A stretch of 64,000 nucleotides of DNA from Leucoraja erinacea (taxonomy: Eukaryota): contig NW_026576484.1 in the NCBI RefSeq assembly GCF_028641065.1, forward strand, positions 1-64,000, in the 5' to 3' direction. A program made the position numbers and the translations under genes. Positions 13,562 to 25,380 of the stretch are shown here, piece by piece (the stretch's first letter is position 1; each line of letters opens with the position of its first letter). The notes under the pieces were generated by a model. It saw only the letters and a list, made by a program, of their open reading frames with translations, made no database searches and was not told the origin of the DNA.

Positions 13562-14751
13562 AAACGCTAGTGGTTTGTGAAATGTTTCACTTCTCATAAA
13601 CAGCTCGGTAATTCACAACACCTATTGAGTCCACACCCAAGATTAGAAGTTGTTCAGCCACAGCCATACAATGATGTCTGTCTTGCGCTTGTTGTGCTTC
13701 TTGTGCGTGATGGTGGGAGATTGGTGGAAACAGGGCCGCGATGTGAACGCTCTTTCCTTGACCCCATTTACAACACGTTATATTGCGGTCATTTACAACA
13801 CAAGGATCCAATCTTTACCCCAGTAACAGTAAACTTAGTGAATAGTAAGAATGTTAATCTATGAATAGAATAATGTTGGTTTTCACCTCTGAAAGGCCTG
13901 TCTCATTTCTTTAAGTATAGATATTTGTAGAACTAGAATATTAAGTGATAATCAAGGAGTATCTATAGTTACATTGACTTCTCTAACTTCAAGTAGCCCT
14001 TGCTTTCCCTCTCTCTCCATCTCCTCCCTCTTCCCAGTTCTCCTACCAGTCTTACTGTCTCTGACTACATTTTATCTCTGTACTGCCCACTTCCCTGACA
14101 TCAGTCTGAAGAAAAGTCCCAACCAGAAAAGTCACCCATTCCTTCTCTCCAGAGATGCTGTCTGTTCCGCTGAGTTACTCCAGCAGTTTGTGTTTGCCTT
14201 CGATTTAAACCACCATCTGCAGTTCTTTCCTACACATATCTATATTAACAGACATATTGGTAATATTTACCATGGAATTCCTGCAGAAAAAAATCTATTG
14301 ACATATTTCACAAGAGCAATATATCGGAAATATTAGATTTTAATATATTTCTGTTTCAATTGTCTGTGCGGAGATTGCATGTTTTAGCTGTGACCGTGTG
14401 GGTTTCCTCCTCCGGGTGCTCCGGTTTCCTCGCACGTCCAAAAGACATAAAGGTTTGTAGTTCAATTGGTCCCTGCACATTGTCTCTAGTGTGTAGAGAG
14501 TGGATGTGAAAGGGTGATAACATAGAACTGGTGTAAACGGATGATCGATAGTCAGCGTGGACTCTGCGGGTTGAAGCACCAGGTTCTATCTGTGCCTCTA
14601 AACAACATTAAACTAAACGACATACATGATTAATGTTTCATGTAACAGTGCATTTAAATGATTTAATGTAATGTAACATGCAATAGTCATGATTATATTT
14701 GCTATTCATTGTAGCATTATTTTGATTCATATTTCAATTGTGATTTTCAAG

Positions 14752-14853
14752 GATCCTCCAAGTATTATTTCATTCGACTGAGTCTGATCCTAATAGTACC
14801 AATATGGGTCTTGATTGTGTATCATTATCACAATAAATTGAAGAAAGGAAAAG
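14752..14853 (+). CDS. VJ-C1 IgSF receptor exon 4, transmembrane segment with Arg (RSSKYYFIRLSLILIVPIWVLIVYHYHNKLKKGK)
   Basis: Acceptor attttcaag|, donor AAG|GTAATG; phase 1-1, open in the C1 frame; hydrophobic helix followed by a basic stop-transfer cluster; lies in non-repetitive sequence. Confidence 0.85.
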
Positions 14854-14961
14854 GTAATGTATACATTGTACATTTTATTTTGTAATTTAACTAAAAACTG
14901 AGTATATAAAAGTGAATATTGTCTTTAGTTCCCAGAGAGATTAAAATAATTTAAACAAAAT

Positions 14962-15445
14962 GAGGGTGACAGCTTGTAGAGCTGCTGCCTCACAGTGCTA
15001 GAGATCCGGGTTAGAAACATAGAAACATAGACAATAGGTGCAGGAGTGGGCCATTCAGCCCTTCGAGCCAGCACCACCATTAAATGTGATCATGACTGAT
15101 CATCTAAAATCAGTACCCCGTTCTTGCTTTTTCACCATATCCCTTGATTCCTTTAGCCCTAAGAAATAAATCTAACTCTCTCTTGAATCCTGACTACGGG
15201 TGCTGACTTTGTGTAGAGTTTGCATGTTCTCCCTGTGACCACTTGGATTTCCTCAGAGTGCTTTGTTTTTCTCCCACATCCCAAAGATGTGTGGGTTTGT
15301 AGGTTAATTGACCGTGTGTAAATTGCCTCTAGTGTGCAGGGAGTGGATGTGAAAATGGGATAATGTAGAACTAGTCCGAACAGGTGATCGATGGTCGGCG
15401 TAGACGCGGTGGGCTGAATGGCCTGTTTCTGTCCTGTATCTCTGA
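14962..15445 (+). mobile_element. HE1-type SINE with a nested minus-strand CR1 3' end (15013-15186)
   Basis: tRNA-like head gctgctgcctcacagtgctagagatccgggtt, central core, CR1-like tail. Confidence 0.75.
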
Positions 15446-15476
15446 AATACACTAAATATTCATGATATTTTTATAG

Positions 15477-15544
15477 AATCATCTGTCCATGACACAACTG
15501 TTGATATTCAAAGCATGAGAAACCGAAATAACTCAGTAAATGAG
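15477..15544 (+). CDS. VJ-C1 IgSF receptor exon 5, cytoplasmic (ESSVHDTTVDIQSMRNRNNSVNE)
   Basis: Acceptor tttttatag|, consensus donor GAG|GTGAGT; phase 1-0; open frame. Confidence 0.78.
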
Positions 15545-15659
15545 GTGAGTAATTTAGTTTGATATTTACCCTTATGTTGCATGCACGATGTTCTAATGTA
15601 CACTGCGGTATTGTCAGCTTATATGAACAAATTCGTCAGCACTATTGGATGTAATGGAC

Positions 15660-16545
15660 TTTGTAGTTTTGCAGATAGTGAAGATGATTGTGAAATATTG
15701 TAGCAGGATTGGCCAGGTGGGCAGAGGAATGGTTGATGGAATTTAATACAGAGATGTGTGAGATGTTGTATTTTGGGACATTGAACAAAGGCCTACACAG
15801 TAAATGGTAGGCCTCTGGGTAATATTGTAGAGTAGAGGCATCTACCTGGGACTCGACCATGGTTCGTTGAAGGTCTAGTCGCAGGTAAATAAGGTGGTCG
15901 AAAAGGCTTTTGGCACTTTGGCCTTCATCAGTCAAAGTATTGAGTATCAAAGCTAAGAGGTCATGTTGTAGTTGTATAAGACGTTGGTGAGACGGCATTT
16001 AGAATATTGTGTTCAGTTTTGGGCACTATGTTAGAGGAAAGATATTGTCAAGCTTGAAAGGTTTCAGAAAATATTTACGAGGATGTTGTCAGGACTAGAG
16101 GGTGTGAGCTATAGGTAGAGATTGAGTAGGCTGGGTCTCTATTCCATGGAGCACAGGAGGATGATGGGAGATCTTATAGAGGTATACATAATCATGAGAG
16201 GAATAGATCGGGCAGATGCACAGAGGCTCTTGCCCAAAGTAGGGGAATCGAGGACCAGAGGACATAGGTTCAAGGTGAAGGGGAAAAGATTTAATAGGAA
16301 TCCGAGGGGTATCTTTTACACACAAAGGATGGTGGATGTATGGAACAAGCTGCCAGGTTAGGTAGTTGATTCTATCCCATCCTTTAAGAAACAGTTTGAC
16401 AGGTAAATGGATAGGGCGGGTTTGGAGGGTTATGGACCAAGCGCAGGCAAGTGGGACTAGTGTAGCTGGGACATTGTTGGCCGGTGTGGGCGAGTTGGGC
16501 CAAAGGGCCTGTTTCCACACTGTATCTCTCTCTATGTCTCTATAA
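15660..16545 (+). mobile_element. Degenerate CR1 3' region
   Basis: RLGLYSMEHRRMMGDLIEVY, SRTRGHRFKVKG, WNKLP. Confidence 0.85.
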
Positions 16546-16622
16546 CACAAGACATTCTGCGGCACGGTGGCGCAGTGGGAGTGTTGCTGCCTCATAGCTG
16601 AGTCGCACGTTACGAGTTAACA

Positions 16623-17528
16623 CAAGAGTCAAGAGTCAAGAGTCAAGAGTCAATTTAATTGTCATTTGGACCCCTGGGGGTCCAAACGAAATGCCGTTTC
16701 TGCAGCCATACATTACACACAAATAGACCCCAGACAAAACATAATTACATTTAACATAAACATCCATCACATAACTGTGATGGAAGGCCAAAAACACTTA
16801 TCTCTCCACTGCACTCTCCCCCCCCCGATGTCACAGTCAAAGTCAAAGCCCCCGGCTGGCGATGGCGATTGTCCCGCGGCCATTAAAGCCACGCCGGGTG
16901 GTGCGAGGTCGCACACCGGGTCTTGGTGTTGGAGCCCCCGGTGTGCGCTCGCAAAGTCCCGCAGCCGTTCCAGCCGCGCGGGGCAATGGTGTTAGGCCCC
17001 GCTCCAGGAGCTCTTCGACCCCGCAACACGGGCGGGAGAATTCGCCGTTGCAGCAGCCCGAAAAGCGGTCTCCCTCCAGGGAGCCGCGCGGGGTCGTCCG
17101 AGCCATCCGCAGACCCGCAGTAGCAGCCTCCGACTCAGCAGCAGCAGCGGCATCGGCAGCAGCAGCAGCAGCAGCAGCAGCGGCAGCGGCAGCGCTCCTC
17201 CACCGCTCCACCCGCTCCGGTCTCGGCCAGCTCCGCGACGGCAACGGTGAGTCGGCACCAGAGTCCCCGGCTTCTTCCCGTTGGAGGCCGCTCCTCGTTG
17301 CGGCCTCAACGACACCTGAGACCCGACGAGAAAAGGTCGGGTCTCCAGTGCAGGGAGAGATTCAAAAGTTCCCCCCCCCCCCCCCCACCCCACCCCCCAC
17401 CCCCACCCCCCCACACACACACCCCAACATAAAATAACAAACACTACACAGAAACACAGACAAAAAATAACAAAAACGCGGACAGGCTGCAGAGGCCGCT
17501 GCTGGCCAGAGCCGCGCCGCCTACCGGA
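16623..17528 (-). mobile_element. Non-autonomous GC-rich retroelement, copy 2
   Basis: Colinear with 10846-11705; (caagagt)n tail. Confidence 0.8.
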
Positions 17529-17850
17529 ACCCCGAGGTACCCCGAGTTAAAACTCGTGGTAATAACGTACGATTAACGTACCAAACTCGTAGACGTAACT
17601 TAGAGACTCGTGGCGCTAACGGCAGGTACTCGAGAAACTTGTCAACTCTTGCAAAAAATCAAACATGTTTAAAATTTTCCACGAGTCAATTTTACCCTTG
17701 TGGTTAAGAATTGAAACATTTAAACTTGTAAGAACATAGTGGCCCGTGCGTTTACCTTAGTGTATCATGAGTCTACCGTGGGAACGCTTTAACTCAGCGA
17801 GCAGGCAGCAGCAGATTGTCGCTCCCTTCAGTTTCCCAGCGACAATCACC

Positions 17851-18886
17851 TGCCATAACGCGAGAAAGATCATGCACTGTTGTAGGTCTCCTTTGCACGT
17901 CGGTGTTTCTGTCTTTCTCCACTCATTGGTGGCCCTATCTGTCACCACCCCCAGCTTCCCGGCCATGTGTGTGACCCCTTCCCTCCCCTCTCCAGCTCCC
18001 CGCCCATTGCACCAGCGTGGGGGCTTTGCACTGTCTTCACGTCGGCGATGCCAGCAGGTCAGTGCCAGTCGCCCCGGGGCAGTTGCTCCCTTCAGTTTCC
18101 CAGGGGGTCGAGATAGGACTGGAATTGGGAGGGAAAGGTGGGGGGGGTGGGGGGGTTAGGTGAGCAGGAGAGTGGAGTTGTTTGCAGTTGCAGAGTAAGG
18201 GGGCAAGGGCGGTACAGTTCCCAGTCTCAGCTCCTGCCCAGGGGGGTGGCCGGAGACGTCAGGACCAACGAGACACCGACCCCCAGGCCCACGAGGCCCA
18301 CTGCAAGCACGGAGAACCCAGAGACCCATAGCCAACAGCAACTCCAGCCCAGTCCCGCTCCAACTCCAATGGAACCCGCTCCCCGTAGGGTCAGAAGCTG
18401 ATGGTATGCAAGGTACGTGTGAGGGGGCACCCGTGGGCGAACTGGGTCAGAAGCCCATCTGATGGTATGCAAGGTACGTCTTGTTCTTGGGGTGGCGGCC
18501 ACTCTCCTGGTCCTGACGTCTCAGGCCACCACCCTGGGGAGGAGCTGAGACGGAACTGTACTGCCCTTGCCCCCCCCCCACCATTCCCTCCCAACTCCAG
18601 TCCCGTCCCGACCCCCTGGGAAACTGAAGGGAGCGACTGCCCCGGGGCGACTAGCAGTGACCTGCTGGCATCGCCGACGTGAAGACAGTTCAAATCCCCC
18701 TCGCCAGTGCAATGGGCGGGGAGCTGGAGAGAGGAGGTAAAGGGTCACACACATGGCCGGGAAGCAGAGGGATGTAGGTGGGGGTGGTGACAGATAGGGC
18801 CAACAATGAGTGGAGAAAGACAGAAACACCGACGTGCAAAGGAGACCTACAACAAACAGTGCATGATCTCTCTCGCGTTATGGCAG
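17851..18886. repeat. About 1-kb imperfect inverted repeat (foldback)
   Basis: 17851-18235 is the reverse complement of about 18500-18886. Confidence 0.8.
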
Positions 18887-20104
18887 CTGTTCCTGAAGCT
18901 AAAGCCTTGGGATCGTTGCCCTTCGTGTTGGTTTGGACAGGGAGAGGGGGTATTGTGCTGTTTGATCGCCCCCTGCTATCCCAGGGACAAAGAGACACAG
19001 CGGCTTTTGAGACTGGTGGGCAATCACGTCTAAAGTGTCTGCCCACACAGTCAGTACACCTCTCCTACACTTGTCTCCACCTCTCCTACACCTGCCTCCA
19101 CCACTTCCACTGAAGCTCATTCCACACCGCTACCACTCTCTGAGTAAAGAAGTTCCCCCTCATGTTACCCCTAAACCTCTGTCCCTTAATTCGTGGGTTT
19201 TCTCCGGGTGCTCCCGTTTCCTCTCATTCTTCAAATTGGATTCTGTAAAAACTATCACTAGTGTGTAGGATAGTGCTAGTGCAGGGGTTAATCGCTGTTC
19301 GGCACGGGGACTCGGTGGGCCGAAGGGCCTGTTTCCGCACTGTTTCTCTAAAGTCCAGTGCATCTGCAGTTCCTTGTGTCAGCAAACCCGAATTGTCGCT
19401 GTCCTTTTTCAATCGAGAGAATTTTTCAATGCATTTAACTTGTTTGCCGTTTGCTTCCATCAGCTGGAATTATACTGCCAACAAAGTGAGATCCATATTC
19501 CAAAACACACTCCCTCTTCAAGGAGGCCTTGTGATCAACTGCATACCAGTCATTGGGCATTGCTGTGTAATGAGTTTCGTTGTTGAAGAAGTGATGTTGC
19601 TACTAATATGCGTTGGATTCCATTCTCTTCAACTAAATCTACTATGCGTAAAATGACCTCAAGTGCCTGGTTTACTCATTATTGTGAATGCAGGGTATTT
19701 TACCCAGGATAGGAAAATCTGGCTGCGTTATTCAAGCACTTTGGGGCTTTTTCCAAGCCACCATCTGCAGTTCCTTGCGTATTTATTAAAGAAGTTCGGT
19801 TCTGTTACTTTTTTGCGTAAGAAAGAACTTCAGATGCTGGTAAAAATCAAAGGTTTTGATCAGTCTGAAGAAGGATCTCGACCCCAAAACGTCGCCCATT
19901 CCTTCTCTCTAGAGATGCTGCCTCACCGGCTGAGTTGCTCCTGCATTCTGTGTCTATCTTCTGTTACTTTTTTATTCTTCTACTCTGTGAAGACTTTAAG
20001 CCTGGAGTATAATTCCAGGGTCTCATTGTCCTCAATGTTATTTCTCACTTCTTCAAGTGTATATCCTAGCGTTGATGAAATGACATATCTTGACCAAGTC
20101 TGAT

Positions 20105-20410
20105 TAGACTTTAGAGATACAGCGTGGAAACAGGACATTTGGCCCATCGAGTCCGCACCGACCAGCAATCACCTCTTACACTAGCGCGATCCTACTCACT
20201 GGGGACATTTTACACATTTACCAAAGCCAATTAACCTACAAACCTGTATGTATTTGGAGTGTGGGAGGAAACTGGAGCATCTGGAGGTCCCACGCGATCA
20301 AGGGGAGAACATATAAACTTTGTACAGACAGCACGTGTAGTCAGTCGGGATTAAAACCAGGTCTCTGCCGCTGTGAGGCAGCTACTCTGCCGCTGCGCCA
20401 ATGTGCCCCC
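20105..20410 (-). mobile_element. HE1-type SINE
   Basis: Head, core and tail all recognisable in reverse complement. Confidence 0.8.
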
Positions 20411-20965
20411 TAATCATGCACCTTTTTGCACATAACATTAGTTGCACTCCTCAGACTGACTTTCACCTCCGTATCATTTTACACACACAAAACCTGATAG
20501 CGCGCGACAAACAAAACAGCTGTTAATCTTGTCCTTTTAGAGATGGTCAGATACAGGTCACAATGGCAGATTATAGCAGGCATAGATATTCCCTACACAC
20601 TGGGGGCAATTTACATAAGACCACAAACCCGCACTTCTTTGTGACATGGGGGGAAATTAGAGCATGGATGAATTAATTAACTCTGCCCGATATCTTTCCC
20701 TGGATGTGCAGCAGCTGAAAGTGATGGGGGTGGGTTTTCTCCTTAAACAGCTCAGTGAGTGGTCAGATGAATTTTTGCAGTTGGAGGTCACTTCAGTAAA
20801 ATATGAAGTGCCAGCGCAAAGTTCTCTGATTCTAGCAATATTCCACCGTCATATCACACTGTCCCCTGCCAACAACAATCCCATCAATACCTCCCTGCCT
20901 GAGATCATTTGTTGCCGGCCCTGATTTGTCCCAGTCTTTGCTTACTTTCAGTCCCCCCCCCCAGT

Positions 20966-20993
20966 CTGAAGAAGAGTCCCAATCTGAAACGTC
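20966..20993 (+). ncRNA. Minimal hammerhead-ribozyme motif in a Penelope-derived short element (best-preserved copy)
   Basis: CTGAAGA-AGA gtcccaa TCT-GAAA-CG-TC; catalytic core nucleotides intact. Confidence 0.5.
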
Positions 20994-21224
20994 ACCTGTC
21001 CACCACATAGACGTTGTCTGTCTCGTTGAGTTTGTGTCTATCTGATTCTAGCAAGCTTTGTTGTTGGGAAAACTGAATACAATGGACTGGCCATTGTTAA
21101 GATCAGAAAATGACCCAAAGACTCAACTGCCAGGCAGTATCTCTGCTGAATATGGATAGATATGTTTCCTCGACGGTGAAACTGATGAGAAGGTTGGTTG
21201 ACCCTGTTAAGGGACAAGAGTGTT

Positions 21225-21670
21225 ATCATTTGTTGTCATATACACTGACAACAGAACAATAACATTCTTATTTGCAGCAGCATAACAAGCCTGTAAACAC
21301 AAGGCATACAAAGAATATATAGCAAACAAAAATGCAATCCATTAATAACTCCAATACCATTGCAAAAACCCACAAAGTGTGTAGTGCAACTAAAGACAGT
21401 TTAGTTGATGTTGTGCAGTGTTCAAGAGCCTGATGGTTGGTGGAAAGAAGCTGTTCCTGAACCTGGACATTGCTGTTCACACATTCCTCTGTACCTTCTT
21501 CCTGATAGCAGGAATGAAATGAAAGCGTGGCCAGAGTGCTGTGGGTCTCTGATGATATTGGTTGACTTTTAGAGGCAGCGCCTCCTGCAGATCCCTTTGA
21601 TGTTGGGGAGGTCTGTTCCTGTGATGGACTAGGCAGTGTCCACCACTCTTTGTAACCTGCTTCATTCCCG
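21225..21670 (-). mobile_element. Rex1/Babar LINE 3' fragment
   Basis: Degenerate HSLFSLLPSGRRYR-type C-terminal sequence and tgacaacaaa 3' end. Confidence 0.65.
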
Positions 21671-22784
21671 GGTGATGTTGATAATGATATCAGTGAAACA
21701 GATATTGCCCACAAGTGTCACATGCCCATCGATCACTGACTAGTCCATGGACACACACACACCCACACTTTAGCTTTTGCCCATTTGGTGTTTACTAATC
21801 AAATTCGTTACTGATTTCACATGACTTTTCAATAAAAATCAGGAACAGAGCCTCATTATAATTTATAAATTATAAATTATAAATCAGGAACAGAATACCT
21901 CATTAGATTCAGCTAAAAATAAAATGACCATAAGATCATCAGACATAGTAGCAGAATTAGGTCATTCAGCCCATCGAGTCTGCTCTGACATTCACTCATG
22001 GCTGATCTAATTTTCCCTCTCAACCAATACTCCTGCCTTCTCACCGTAATCTTTGACACCCGTACTAATCAAGAATCTATCATTCTCCGCTTTAAAATGA
22101 TCCAATGTCTTGGCCTCTACCACTGACTGCGCTAATAAATTCCACAGATTCACCACCATCTGGCTAAATAAATCCTCTCATCTCCGTTCTATTGTTATCC
22201 AAAATGTTCTAAAGTTCTAAAATTCCTCCGCTTCTCCAATTCTAAAATGAAGAAAATATCTTTCTAACCATAAGTTGGAATGTCTACAGAGACGATTTAC
22301 GATGATGTTGACAGGACTTCAGGGAGAGGTTGAGCAGGCTTGGACTCCCTGGAGCACAGGAGGATAAGGGGCGATCTTATTGGGGTGTATAAAATCATAA
22401 TGGGAATAGGTGGGTGAATGCACTGAGTTATTATAGCCAAAGGGAATTGAGAAATAGAAGGCATATGTTTAATGTGAGAGGGAAAAACTTGAGGGGCAAC
22501 TTTATCACTCAGAGGGTGGTGGGTATATGGAACGAGCCGCCGGAGGACGTAGTTGGGGCAGGGACTACAACACCATTTAAAAGATATTTGGACAGGTACA
22601 TGGACACAAAAGGTTTAGAGGGACTAGTGCCAACCGAGGGCAAATGGGACTATCTTAGATGGGGCATCTTGGTCGGCGTAGACGAGTTGGGCCGATGGGT
22701 CTGTTTCCGTGCTCTATAACTATGATATCAACTCTATAACACTAATATTTGCAAGTGGTTCTTATTGTTATTTTTGTGTTGCAG

Positions 22785-22820
22785 GATAATGTTTCAATAA
22801 ACTATGAAAATCTGCATTAG
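22785..22820 (+). CDS. VJ-C1 IgSF receptor terminal exon (DNVSINYENLH*), ITIM INYENL
   Basis: Strong acceptor tttttgtgttgcag|; phase 0 matches exon 5; I-x-Y-x-x-L motif; TAG at 22818-22820. Confidence 0.78.
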   Translation, partial: DNVSINYENLH

Positions 22821-23194
22821 GCGCCTGTTTATTGCAAGGAGGGACAGCAAAGACAGGAATTGAGATGGACCGAGCAATCCCAAGAAACAGAATATGCCGT
22901 CTTAAAGGTCAAAGATAACAATTCTCTCTTTTTTGCATCTTTCTTCTTTTTCTTCATTCTTTTCGTTTTTCTCTTTTCCTCGATTTATGTATAAATTTAT
23001 TCTTTTCGATTTATGTATCAATTTATAAGATGTTAAAAATGAAGCTGTACGGAAATTGTATAACTCTCATGCTGATTGCTTTATTCTTGTACAATAGCTC
23101 CTAATAAAATAAACATATTAAAAAAAAGATTAAAATAATTTATGAAGAACCGGTAACTTACTCCACAGTAATACATTGTCCCTCTTCAACATAA
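22821..23194 (+). pseudogene. Vestigial cytoplasmic tail beyond the stop (APVYCKE...ETEYAVLKVKD / KIIYEEPVTYSTVIHCPSST*)
   Basis: Frame stays open after the TAG; removing the insertion at 22917-23131 joins both parts in frame to TAA 23192-23194. Confidence 0.7.
22917..23128 (+). mobile_element. 5'-truncated poly(A) retroelement 3' end (L1/Tx1-like) inserted in the receptor last exon
   Basis: T-rich 3'UTR-like body, AATAAA x2 at 23103-23113, A-tail; imperfect TSD aaagataa/aaagattaa; architecture resembles the L1 3' end at 9790-10108. Confidence 0.65.
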
Positions 23195-23669
23195 CCGCAA
23201 ACTGATACTTATCATACAACCACACACTCATCTCTCAAACAACATATGCAAAATATAAAAAAACAGAATCTAGCGGATGTGGCATGGCTGTCGAAACTTA
23301 CTTCTCTATTCAATTACTTTCCTTGAGCTCAAAACCAATTGATCTTTGTGACTCGCCATAAATCGCCTTCTGAGAGTTCCAAATGTACTTAGAATAAAGG
23401 GGAGGCATTTAGATTGAGGTGAGAAAAAACGTTTTCACCCAGAGAGTTGTGAATTTGTGGAATTCCCTGCCACAGAGGGCAGTGGAGGCCAAGTCACTGG
23501 ATGGATTTAAGAGAGAGTTAGATAGAGCTCTAGGGGCTAGTGGAATCAAGGGATATGGGGAGAAGGCAGGCACGGGTTATTGATTGAGGATGATCAGCCA
23601 TGATCACAATAGTTGGCGGTGCTGGCTCGAAGGGCCGAATGGCCTCCTCCTGCACCTATTTTGAAAAGC

Positions 23670-24010
23670 TTTGTTTTGCATGCTATCCAATCAAATCAGA
23701 TACTACTATACATAAATACAATTAACCCAAACTCAAGTACAATAGGTGGAGCAAAGTGGAAGATACAAAGTGCAGAATTTAATTCTCAGCACTGTAGCAC
23801 ACCGGTTCCACAGACAAAGTCCAATGTCCCTCAATGGGGTAGAGGTGAATCGGACAGTGATTCGGAAGCCTGATAACAGAGGGGAAGAAGCTGTTGCTGA
23901 ATCTGTTGGTGCGCACTTTCAAGCTTCTGTATCTTCTGCCTGATGAGAGCAGGGAGAAAAGTGAATGATCAGGTTGGGACAAGTCTTTGATTATGTTGGC
24001 TGCCAATCCG
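23670..24010 (-). mobile_element. Rex1/Babar LINE 3' fragment
   Basis: HSLFSLLSSGRRYRSLKVRTNRFSNSFFPSVIRL. Confidence 0.8.
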
Positions 24011-25380
24011 ATGAGCCCCACACCTCTACTTTCAGAAGAAGGGTTCCGACCCAAAACGTCACCTACGTTTTCTCTAGAGATGCTGCCTGACCCGCTGAGT
24101 TACTCCAGCACTTTGTCTCTATCTAGAGCTGGGTCACACTGAAGATCATCAGTGCCCTAAAACATGACCCGTCCATGTCCTCCAGAGATGCCACTTGACT
24201 CTTCCTCAGTCTGAAGTAGTGTTCTGTCCCGGCAGATGTTTTCAAGAGGGTTAGATTTAGCTCCAAGGGCTAACAGAATCAAAGGATATTGGTAGAGAGC
24301 AGGAACGGGGTACTGATTTTGGACGATCAGCCATGATAATATTGAATGGTGGTGCTGACTCGAAGGACCAAATGACCTATTCCTGCACCTATTTTCCATG
24401 TCTGTATGACCTGAAACATTGCCTGTCCTCATACTCCAGAGACGCTACCTGACTTGCTGAGTTACTCCAAGTTGATTAGTCCGACTGATTTTGGTAAGTC
24501 TGAATAAGGGTCTCGATCCGTTATCTAATCTGAAGAAGGTTCTCGATCCGTACGGTGCCTGTCCAGCTGAGTTCCTCCAGCACATTGTGTTGTGTTCCAG
24601 GTTCAATCATAGAAACATCGAAACATAGAAAATAGGTGCAGGAGTAGGCCATTCAGCCCTTCGAGCCTGCACCGCCATTCAATATGATCATGGCTGATCA
24701 TCCAACTCAGTATCCTGTACCTGCCTTCTCTCCATACCCCCTGATCCCTTTAGCTACAAGGGCCACATCTAACCCTCTTAAATATAGCCAATGAAATGGC
24801 CTCAACTACCTTCTATGGCAGAGAATTCCAGAGATTCACCACTCTTACCACCACAAGGGCCATTGTCTTGCAGACCACAGTTGCTTGTGTCATCCAAATT
24901 AACATCGATCTTTCTTGTTTTAATGGAGTTTTCCTGTCAGAGCGGTTGATGCAGGGAATTAGATTGTGGGGATAATTTTCCCTTTTACCTGACACCGGAG
25001 AAAACTGGAGCAATAGATCGTGGAATCTAACACGGCAATACTTTGTTCTGTTTACCACTTTATCTCTAGTTGGTCACATCTGAGGTCAGATCAATTCCAG
25101 ACCACTGCTTCAAAACATGCACAAGCCATTACAATAAAATACGCAGAAGCAAACATGGTGATATTTACTCATATTTTGCAATCACTCTCTGCTCCCACCA
25201 CATCCTGCCCATGAACATCTCCACCCAGTTTAGTTCACTTTAGTTTAGTTTATTGTCACGTGTACCGAGGTACAGTTAAAAGTATTTGTTGTTGTGTGCT
25301 AACCAGTCAGCGGAATGATAATACATGATTCCAATCAAGCCTCCACAGGGTAAAGGGAATAATGTTTAGTGCAAGATTTG

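Noticed and set aside
14962-15012. tRNA genes
   Set aside because: tRNA-like sequences are SINE heads lacking a full cloverleaf
11054-17444. PolyQ/polyA ORFs (11054-11440, 16843-17444)
   Set aside because: Chance frames in a GC-rich repeat with (CAG)n; not conserved between copies
20541-20556. Possible extra cytoplasmic micro-exon after gtccttttag
   Set aside because: Weak donor (GTCACA) and would break phase with the terminal exon
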